Source: Escherichia coli (GTDB lineage: Bacteria > Pseudomonadota > Gammaproteobacteria > Enterobacterales > Enterobacteriaceae). Taken from it: a stretch of 64,000 nt of DNA. The notes beneath the pieces were generated by a model that saw nothing but the letters and a program-made list of their open reading frames with translations, searched no databases and was not told the DNA's origin. The position numbers and the translations under genes are program-made. Shown piece after piece: positions 54,952 through 64,000 of the stretch. Each line of letters begins with the position of its first letter. Within the stretch, counting starts at the first letter, position 1. The stretch is from assembly GCF_003790525.1 (NCBI RefSeq), contig NZ_CP033635.1. One strand, written 5' to 3'.

Positions 54952-55189
54952 CAAGTTTTCTCCTTTTTTATTACCACACAAAAAGTGATATTACGCATTT
55001 TTACACACTGTGATGAAAAAATCTCCCGTCATTTATAATGATAAGTGTTTTTACCACTTCCCCTTTTCGTCAAGATCGGCCAAAATTCCACGCTTACACT
55101 ATTTGCGTACTGGCCATTGACCCCTTCCTGACGCTCCGTGTCGTTTTTCCGGCGTACCGCAACACTTTTGTTGTGCGTAAGGTGTGTAA

Positions 55190-55205
55190 AGGCAAACGTT
55201 TACCT
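55190..55205. promoter_or_regulatory. PUR box (purR autoregulatory operator O1): AGGCAAACGTTTACCT
   Basis: Matches the PurR operator consensus (core GCAAACGTTT); 45 bp upstream of the purR ATG. Confidence 0.7.
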
Positions 55206-55249
55206 TGCGATTTTGCAGGAGCTGAAGTTAGGGTCTGGAGTGAAATGGA

Positions 55250-56275
55250 ATGGCAACAATAAAAGATGTAGCGAAACGAGCAAACGTTTCCACTACAACT
55301 GTGTCACACGTGATCAACAAAACACGTTTCGTCGCTGAAGAAACGCGCAACGCCGTGTGGGCAGCGATTAAAGAATTACACTACTCCCCTAGCGCGGTGG
55401 CGCGTAGCCTGAAGGTTAACCACACCAAGTCTATCGGTTTGCTGGCGACCAGCAGCGAAGCGGCCTATTTTGCCGAGATCATTGAAGCGGTTGAAAAAAA
55501 TTGCTTCCAGAAAGGTTACACCCTGATTCTGGGCAATGCGTGGAACAATCTTGAGAAACAGCGGGCTTATCTGTCGATGATGGCGCAAAAACGCGTCGAT
55601 GGTCTGCTGGTGATGTGTTCTGAGTACCCAGAGCCGTTGCTGGCGATGCTGGAAGAGTATCGCCATATCCCAATGGTGGTGATGGACTGGGGTGAAGCAA
55701 AAGCTGACTTCACCGATGCGGTCATTGATAACGCGTTCGAAGGCGGCTACATGGCCGGGCGTTATCTGATAGAACGCGGTCACCGCGAAATCGGCGTTAT
55801 CCCTGGCCCGCTGGAACGTAACACCGGCGCAGGCCGCCTTGCCGGTTTTATGAAGGCGATGGAAGAAGCGATGATCAAAGTGCCGGAAAGCTGGATTGTA
55901 CAGGGTGACTTTGAACCTGAATCCGGTTATCGCGCCATGCAGCAAATACTGTCGCAACCGCATCGCCCTACTGCCGTCTTCTGTGGTGGCGATATCATGG
56001 CAATGGGCGCACTTTGTGCTGCTGATGAAATGGGTCTGCGCGTGCCGCAGGATGTTTCGCTGATCGGTTATGATAACGTGCGCAACGCCCGCTATTTTAC
56101 GCCAGCGCTGACCACGATCCATCAGCCAAAAGATTCGCTGGGCGAAACGGCGTTCAACATGCTGTTGGATCGTATCGTCAATAAACGCGAAGAACCGCAA
56201 TCCATTGAAGTGCATCCGCGGTTGATTGAACGCCGCTCCGTGGCTGACGGCCCGTTCCGCGACTATCGTCGTTAA
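55250..56275 (+). CDS. purR: Purine repressor PurR (LacI family)
   Basis: 341 aa beginning [36 protein letters not shown]. Confidence 0.97.
55279..55294. promoter_or_regulatory. PUR box (purR operator O2) inside the purR coding region: AGCAAACGTTTCCACT
   Basis: Second PurR-consensus match, within codons 10-15 of purR, consistent with a known intragenic operator. Confidence 0.65.
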
Positions 56276-57204
56276 TCACCCGTTGCGGGAGTCTCTTCCG
56301 GCTCCCGCAGCCACTCCTTATTCAGCGTCTCACTATCGCCGAGATACTCAAGCAACCAGGTTAACGCAGGCGACATATCATTTTGCTGCCATGTCAGACA
56401 ACATGCCGAATCCGGGAAGGGGTTTTCCAGTTCTAGTGCTACCCACTTCCCCTCATTAAGCCACGGTTTGGCGAAATGTGTTGGCACCATCCCTATGCAT
56501 AATCCTGCCGAGATACAGGTTGCCGATGATTCCCAGTCAGGCACGACAACTCTTTTTTGGTTATCCAGCAACCAGGTAATACGTTTAGGTAGCGTTCGCG
56601 AGGTGTCTTCGCGCACCAATGACGGCCAGTTGCGCAACGTATCATCGCTGAACGGGCCATCCATCAACGCCAGCGGGTGGTGACTGGCAACAACGCAACT
56701 CCAGCTTAGCATCCCCATATCCCGGAAGGCATAACGACCACCTACCGGAATCGCGCGTGTTGCGCCAATCGCCAGTTCCACGCGCCCGTCGGAAAGCGCA
56801 TCCCAGACACCGTTGAACACTTCCTGAAAGACAAGAAGTTCGACATCATCAAAATGGCGATAAAAATCAACGATCATCTGCCGTGTACGTTCTGGCCTGA
56901 CAATATTATCCACTGCGATAGCTAACTGACCGCGCCAGCCGTTCGCTATCTGCTGACATTGCTGCCGGGTGATCTGCATTTTTTTGACAACAGAGCGCCC
57001 TTCTTTGAGAAACCACGCCCCGGCAGCGGTCAGTTCCACATCACGGTGACGTCGTTCAAACAGCGGCACCGCCAGCCACTCTTCCAGCTGACGCACGGTA
57101 TAGCTGACCGCAGAAGGAACGCGATGCAACTCCTGTGCCGCAGCGCTAAAACTACCATTACGCGCTACCGCATCAACAACTTCGAGTGAATATTCTGACC
57201 ACAT
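56272..57204 (-). CDS. punR: LysR-family regulator PunR (YdhB)
   Basis: 310 aa LysR-type regulator; divergent from punC; 3' end overlaps the purR stop. Confidence 0.85.
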
Positions 57205-57316
57205 AGTCTGCCTGCAAAATTTTTGAAACCAGTCATCAAATATTACCGTTTCACAACACTAATTTCACTCCCTACACTTTGCGGCGGTGTTTAATTGAGA
57301 GATTTAGAGAATATAC

Positions 57317-58528
57317 ATGCAACCTGGGAAAAGATTTTTAGTCTGGCTGGCAGGTTTGAGCGTACTCGGTTTTCTGGCAACCGATATGTATCTGCCTGCT
57401 TTCGCCGCCATACAGGCCGACCTGCAAACGCCTGCGTCTGCTGTCAGTGCCAGCCTTAGTCTGTTCCTTGCCGGATTTGCCGCAGCCCAGCTTCTGTGGG
57501 GGCCGCTCTCCGACCGTTATGGTCGTAAACCGGTATTATTCATCGGCCTGACAATTTTTGCGTTAGGTAGTCTGGGGATGCTGTGGGTAGAAAACGCCGC
57601 TACGCTGCTGGTATTGCGTTTTGTACAGGCTGTGGGTGTCTGCGCCGCGGCGGTTATCTGGCAAGCGTTAGTGACGGATTATTATCCTTCACAGAAAGTT
57701 AACCGTATTTTTGCGACCATCATGCCGCTGGTGGGTCTATCTCCGGCACTGGCTCCTCTGTTAGGAAGCTGGCTGCTGGTCCATTTTTCCTGGCAGGCGA
57801 TTTTCGCCACCCTGTTTGCCATTACCGTGGTGCTGATTCTGCCTATTTTCTGGCTCAAACCCACGACGAAGGCCCGTAACAATAGTCAGGATGGTCTGAC
57901 CTTTACCGACCTGCTACGTTCTAAAACCTATCGCGGCAACGTGCTGATATATGCGGCCTGTTCAGCCAGTTTTTTTGCATGGCTGACCGGCTCACCGTTC
58001 ATCCTTAGTGAAATGGGTTACAGCCCGGCAGTTATTGGTTTAAGTTATGTCCCGCAAACTATCGCGTTTCTGATTGGTGGTTATGGCTGTCGCGCCGCAC
58101 TGCAGAAATGGCAAGGCAAGCAGTTATTACCGTGGTTGCTGGTACTGTTTGCTGTCAGCGTCATTGCGACCTGGGCTGCGGGCTTCATTAGCCATGTGTC
58201 GCTAGTCGAAATCCTGATCCCATTCTGTGTGATGGCGATTGCCAACGGTGCGATCTACCCGATTGTTGTCGCTCAGGCGCTGCGTCCCTTCCCACATGCA
58301 ACTGGTCGCGCCGCAGCGTTGCAGAACACTCTGCAACTGGGTCTGTGCTTCCTCGCAAGTCTGGTAGTTTCCTGGCTTATCAGTATCAGCACGCCATTGC
58401 TCACCACCACCAGCGTGATGTTATCAACAGTAGTGCTGGTCGCTCTGGGTTACATGATGCAACGTTGTGAAGAAGTTGGCTGCCAGAATCATGGCAATGC
58501 CGAAGTCGCTCATAGCGAATCACACTGA
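57317..58528 (+). CDS. punC: MFS purine nucleoside transporter PunC (YdhC)
   Basis: 403 aa; 12-TM Bcr/CflA-type major-facilitator transporter. Confidence 0.85.
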   Translation: MQPGKRFLVWLAGLSVLGFLATDMYLPAFAAIQADLQTPASAVSASLSLFLAGFAAAQLLWGPLSDRYGRKPVLFIGLTIFALGSLGMLWVENAATLLVLRFVQAVGVCAAAVIWQALVTDYYPSQKVNRIFATIMPLVGLSPALAPLLGSWLLVHFSWQAIFATLFAITVVLILPIFWLKPTTKARNNSQDGLTFTDLLRSKTYRGNVLIYAACSASFFAWLTGSPFILSEMGYSPAVIGLSYVPQTIAFLIGGYGCRAALQKWQGKQLLPWLLVLFAVSVIATWAAGFISHVSLVEILIPFCVMAIANGAIYPIVVAQALRPFPHATGRAAALQNTLQLGLCFLASLVVSWLISISTPLLTTTSVMLSTVVLVALGYMMQRCEEVGCQNHGNAEVAHSESH

Positions 58529-58818
58529 TCTATATCGATATACTTATACTTAGGCTGCTAACAAAATTTTGTTGTATGATTGAAATTAGCGGCCTATACT
58601 AATTTCGAGTTGTTAAAGCTACGATAAATATTATGTTTTTACGGGGACAGGATCGTTCCCGACTCACTATGGATGGTCATTTCGGCAAGGGTTCCTCCTT
58701 TCCCTCTGTTCTACGTCGGATTATAGACTCGCGGTTTTTTCTGCGAGATTTCTCACAAAGCCCAAAAAGCGTCTACGCTGTTTTAAGGTTCTGATCACCG
58801 ACCAGTGATGGAGAAACT

Positions 58819-59967
58819 ATGAGTTCATCGTGTATAGAAGAAGTCAGTGTACCGGATGACAACTGGTACCGTATCGCCAACGAATTACTTAGCCGTGCCG
58901 GTATAGCCATTAACGGTTCTGCCCCGGCGGATATTCGTGTCAAAAACCCCGATTTTTTTAAACGCGTTCTGCAGGAAGGATCGTTGGGGTTAGGCGAAAG
59001 TTATATGGATGGCTGGTGGGAATGTGACCGACTGGATATGTTTTTTAGCAAAGTCTTACGCGCAGGTCTCGAGAACCAACTCCCCCATCATTTCAAAGAC
59101 ACGCTGCGTATTGCCGGCGCTCGTCTCTTCAATCTGCAGAGTAAAAAACGTGCCTGGATAGTCGGCAAAGAGCATTACGATTTGGGTAATGACTTGTTCA
59201 GCCGCATGCTTGATCCCTTCATGCAATATTCCTGTGCTTACTGGAAAGATGCCGATAATCTGGAATCTGCCCAGCAGGCGAAGCTCAAAATGATTTGTGA
59301 AAAATTGCAGTTAAAACCAGGGATGCGCGTACTGGATATTGGCTGTGGCTGGGGCGGACTGGCGCACTACATGGCGTCTAATTATGACGTAAGCGTGGTC
59401 GGCGTAACCATTTCTGCCGAACAGCAAAAAATGGCTCAGGAACGCTGTGAAGGCCTGGATGTCACCATTTTGCTGCAAGATTATCGTGACCTGAACGACC
59501 AGTTTGACCGTATTGTTTCTGTGGGGATGTTCGAACACGTCGGACCGAAAAATTACGATACCTATTTTGCGGTGGTGGATCGTAATTTGAAACCGGAAGG
59601 TATATTCCTGCTCCATACCATCGGTTCGAAAAAAACCGATCTGAATGTTGATCCCTGGATTAATAAATATATTTTTCCGAACGGTTGCCTGCCCTCTGTA
59701 CGCCAGATTGCTCAGTCCAGCGAACCCCACTTTGTGATGGAAGACTGGCATAACTTCGGTGCTGATTACGATACTACGTTGATGGCGTGGTATGAACGTT
59801 TCCTCGCCGCATGGCCAGAAATTGCGGATAACTACAGTGAACGCTTTAAACGGATGTTTACCTATTATCTGAATGCCTGTGCAGGTGCTTTCCGCGCACG
59901 TGATATTCAGCTCTGGCAGGTGGTGTTCTCTCGCGGAGTCGAAAACGGCCTTCGAGTCGCTCGCTAG
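58819..59967 (+). CDS. cfa: Cyclopropane-fatty-acyl-phospholipid synthase
   Basis: 382 aa; SAM-dependent methyltransferase motif (VLDIGCGWGG); about 290-bp upstream untranslated/promoter region. Confidence 0.95.
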   Translation: MSSSCIEEVSVPDDNWYRIANELLSRAGIAINGSAPADIRVKNPDFFKRVLQEGSLGLGESYMDGWWECDRLDMFFSKVLRAGLENQLPHHFKDTLRIAGARLFNLQSKKRAWIVGKEHYDLGNDLFSRMLDPFMQYSCAYWKDADNLESAQQAKLKMICEKLQLKPGMRVLDIGCGWGGLAHYMASNYDVSVVGVTISAEQQKMAQERCEGLDVTILLQDYRDLNDQFDRIVSVGMFEHVGPKNYDTYFAVVDRNLKPEGIFLLHTIGSKKTDLNVDPWINKYIFPNGCLPSVRQIAQSSEPHFVMEDWHNFGADYDTTLMAWYERFLAAWPEIADNYSERFKRMFTYYLNACAGAFRARDIQLWQVVFSRGVENGLRVAR

Positions 59968-59977
59968 AGGCTATTCT

Positions 59978-60000
59978 ATCGCCCCCGCTCCGGGGGCGAT
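59978..60000 (+). terminator. Terminator-like hairpin after cfa
   Basis: 10-bp stem ATCGCCCCCG/CGGGGGCGAT with 3-nt loop; weak downstream T-tract. Confidence 0.5.
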
Positions 60001-60006
60001 TTCAGT

Positions 60007-60648
60007 TCAGGCTTCTGTACCTGGTTGATTCATGGCATTTTCTCGTGCCGCCAGCACACGTTCTACCGTATCAACCACTGCCTGAGTTTGTGGATCGATT
60101 TCAATGTTGACGCGTGCGCCAAGTTTTTTCTTCCCAAGAGTCGTGCGTTCCAGTGTTTCCGGAATTAAATGGACGCAAAAACGCGTTGGCGTGACTTCGC
60201 CGACGGTCAGGCTAATACCGTCGATGCCAATAAATCCTTTGTACAGGATATATTTCATCAACTGACTATCCTGGACTTTAAACCAGATCTGACGATTATT
60301 TTCCGAGGTTAATATTTTCGCTACTTCAGCGGTGGTCATAATATGACCTGACATTAAGTGTCCGCCAATTTCATCGCTGAATTTCGCCGCACGCTCAACG
60401 TTTACCCAATCCCCCACTTTTAAATCGCCAAGATTAGTAATGCGTAACGTTTCTTTCATCAGGTCAAAACTGACATGGTTGCCGTTAATTTCCGTCACGG
60501 TCAGGCAGCAACCGTTATGCGCCACGGAAGCACCGGTTTCCAGACCGTCCAGCATGTGGTCGGGTAACTCCACCACATGCGTGCGAAAATTTGGTTTCTC
60601 GTCAATCGACACCAGTTTTGCGGTGCCCTGTACAATCCCCGTAAACAT
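60007..60648 (-). CDS. ribC: Riboflavin synthase alpha chain
   Basis: 213 aa beginning [15 protein letters not shown]; two lumazine-binding repeats. Confidence 0.95.
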   Translation of the reverse strand: MFTGIVQGTAKLVSIDEKPNFRTHVVELPDHMLDGLETGASVAHNGCCLTVTEINGNHVSFDLMKETLRITNLGDLKVGDWVNVERAAKFSDEIGGHLMSGHIMTTAEVAKILTSENNRQIWFKVQDSQLMKYILYKGFIGIDGISLTVGEVTPTRFCVHLIPETLERTTLGKKKLGARVNIEIDPQTQAVVDTVERVLAARENAMNQPGTEA

Positions 60649-60841
60649 ACTTACAACTCCTGAAATCAGTTAAGACATTCTGTTCAGCACAATAGCAGGT
60701 GGAAAACGCCCTTACCAGTGAAGGGGTAAGAATGGCTATTTTTTCTCTGGAGAATTAATAAATCCTCGCTACAATAGACTGAATTTCCCCTGCTTCTTCT
60801 TTTTGCTGCCCATTCAGGCGGCTTTTTAGTCTCTCATATAA

Positions 60842-62236
<1,395 letters not shown>

Positions 62237-62244
62237 TAAAGACA

Positions 62245-62277
62245 AGGCGCAACCTTCACGGGTTGCGCCTGTGTTTT
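62245..62277 (+). terminator. Rho-independent terminator after mdtK
   Basis: 10-bp stem AGGCGCAACC/GGTTGCGCCT followed by GTGTTTTT. Confidence 0.65.
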
Positions 62278-63533
62278 TACGCAGGCTGGAGCGTTGCGCC
62301 AATCCCGTCTTCGTCTGGCTGTAGTTTCAGTGCGTTACACAGAGTTTGCCGACTGGCATCTGTTATCTCAACGTGTATATCACCAGTAACTTCCCCTTTC
62401 ACATTGATGAAGTCAGGTGAAATTTCTTTCGCACTGGTTTGCAGGCAAATCGCTCCCTCTCCGCGCAGGCGTTTCACTTTAAGTTGCACATGCGTTGCCG
62501 CACCAGTGATTAGCCACAGTTTTCCGCCATTGAGATTGATGTTACCAACACTGAAAGTGACACTGTCACCTTTTATCGTACTGCCGTCGAGAATCAATAC
62601 ACCGCCCTGCTGTACAGTAATCGTTGATTGTTGCAGATCTGCGCCATAGCCAATAATCATTGAAGCGCCGTCCAGTAATGCAACACTACCGGTCAGTTCA
62701 ACCGGTGCGCGATCTTCCTCTACGACAAAATTTTCGTCCGCGCTGGTGGGTGACAACAGGATCACTGTCCCACCTTGTATTACCGCATTTTCCAGCGTAC
62801 CGGCATGCACTTCAGCCCGACCACCCACATTAACGGACAGGTTTTGCGTCTTACCGGAACTGTAGAGCTGAAGACCATCCGTCCCCAGACGATAGATGGC
62901 TCCATTCTCAACAATAGTGTCAGAGTCTTCACCACCGAGATTATTCATGGTGCCACCAGCAAGCAACGTATCATTGGCTTTCCCCGCCAGCATAAAAACG
63001 CCGCCCTGATTAATCTCACAATTGCTGGCTTCCCCACCTGGATACACCAACAATTCACCACCTTCATCTACCACGACCGCTGAGGTTGTCCCATTGACCA
63101 ACAGGCCACCCTCTTGATCGAGAATAATTTTTTCCGCGCGATGGCCTTCCAGTACACGCAGGTTACCGCCATTTTCCAGCAACAAACCGCAGGCATAACC
63201 TTTATCAACGCTGAATTCACCTTCGGGATGGCGGCCATTAACCGTAGCGAGCGTAGAGAGACTAATTGCGCCTCCCTCGGACTGAACAATATCTGTGGCA
63301 ATGGCACCGTCGCTGACCGATAGCGTGCCATTGTTGCCGTACTGTGTGCATTTGGCGATCCCACCGGTTGCCACTTTCAACCAGCCAGCCCCCGTGACCA
63401 CGGTATTTTCGGCTCTTCCGCCAGCCTCAACAATTAACTCGCCTTCAGTAAGTTGCGTCGCGCCAATGACCTCGCCGGTCTTAACAATTTGCACGTTCCC
63501 GTCGCTCATCAAGTTTTTCGCATCAGATCCCAT
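62277..63533 (-). CDS. ydhQ: YdhQ: AIDA-like beta-helical repeat protein (autotransporter-passenger-related), uncharacterised
   Basis: 418 aa; repeated Gly-rich motifs about 19 aa long (e.g. GGxLxV/GGxAxN); no obvious N-terminal signal peptide and no C-terminal beta-barrel domain. Confidence 0.8.
   Translation of the reverse strand: MGSDAKNLMSDGNVQIVKTGEVIGATQLTEGELIVEAGGRAENTVVTGAGWLKVATGGIAKCTQYGNNGTLSVSDGAIATDIVQSEGGAISLSTLATVNGRHPEGEFSVDKGYACGLLLENGGNLRVLEGHRAEKIILDQEGGLLVNGTTSAVVVDEGGELLVYPGGEASNCEINQGGVFMLAGKANDTLLAGGTMNNLGGEDSDTIVENGAIYRLGTDGLQLYSSGKTQNLSVNVGGRAEVHAGTLENAVIQGGTVILLSPTSADENFVVEEDRAPVELTGSVALLDGASMIIGYGADLQQSTITVQQGGVLILDGSTIKGDSVTFSVGNINLNGGKLWLITGAATHVQLKVKRLRGEGAICLQTSAKEISPDFINVKGEVTGDIHVEITDASRQTLCNALKLQPDEDGIGATLQPA
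62567..62579. other. matS site (MatP-binding; GTGACACTGTCAC) within ydhQ
   Basis: Exact match to the matS consensus GTGACRNYGTCAC. Confidence 0.65.
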
Positions 63534-63840
63534 GATTTATTCCTTTGCTGCATCTGTGTGCCTTTATTGCTACCTAAGTGTAAAGGCTACGAAGGATTTA
63601 TCCACGACAGATTTGAGATGGTGGCAAACAACTCTGTTTAAACTCTGATACACGGATTATTGGGTTGTATCAGATGTAAATGCGATCCTGAATAAAAATC
63701 GCCCTTGCAAATCAACAAAATATAGCCAATTTGCTTAAAAGCTCTGCAAACGGTCGAAATAACGCAGAAAATTACGTTTTGCCTCTTGCCACCTTCCCAC
63801 TCTGCCGCTAATATTCGTCCCCGTTGTCACCTACAACGTT

Positions 63841-63917
63841 GCGTTCATAGCTCAGTTGGTTAGAGCACCACCTTGACATGGTGGGGGTCGTTGGTTCGAG
63901 TCCAATTGAACGCACCA
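63841..63917 (+). tRNA. valV: tRNA-Val (anticodon GAC)
   Basis: 77 nt: GCGTTCATAGCTCAGTTGGTTAGAGC...anticodon loop CTTGACAT...TTCGAGTCC...CGCACCA; cloverleaf with encoded CCA. Confidence 0.9.
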
Positions 63918-63921
63918 TCCT

Positions 63922-63998
63922 GCGTCCGTAGCTCAGTTGGTTAGAGCACCACCTTGACATGGTGGGGGTCGGTGGTTCGAGTCCACTCGGACGCACCA
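63922..63998 (+). tRNA. valW: tRNA-Val (anticodon GAC), second tandem copy
   Basis: 77 nt: GCGTCCGTAGCTCAGTTGGTTAGAGC...TTGACAT...CGCACCA; differs from the first copy in the acceptor and T stems; 4-nt spacer. Confidence 0.9.
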
Positions 63999-64000
63999 GA

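Overview
This window reads as a contiguous, co-linear stretch of the Escherichia coli K-12-type core chromosome in the replication-terminus (Ter) region, running rstA through to the tandem tRNA-Val genes valV-valW. I did not find a novel or undescribed system: essentially every ORF of 60 aa or more that is not nested inside a larger gene corresponds to a protein I recognise, and I saw no mobile elements, prophage remnants, CRISPR arrays or obvious foreign islands. All gene calls are from reading the translations and recalling the proteins; no database search was run. Gene order: rstA(partial)-rstB-tus-fumC-fumA-manA-ydgA-uidCBA-uidR-hdhA-malI-malXY-add-ydgJ-blr-cnu-ydgK-rsxABCDGE-nth-dtpA-gstA-pdxY-tyrS-pdxH-mliC-anmK-slyB-slyA-ydhIJK-sodC-ydhF-ydhL-nemR-nemA-gloA-rnt-lhr-grxD-mepH-sodB-ydhP-ynhF-purR-punR-punC-cfa-ribC-mdtK-ydhQ-valV-valW. 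The most interesting features visible in the sequence are: a TerB-like Tus-binding site in the tus promoter; two perfect matches to the 13-bp matS consensus (inside ydgJ and ydhQ); an in-frame 96-bp tandem repeat array in rsxC whose copy number appears lower than I recall for the K-12 reference; clean palindromic operators (MalI, NemR, SlyA, PurR, uid); two small proteins below the 60-aa ORF cutoff (blr, ynhF); and several under-characterised loci (ydhIJK beside slyA, ydhQ, ydhL, ydgA, ydgK).
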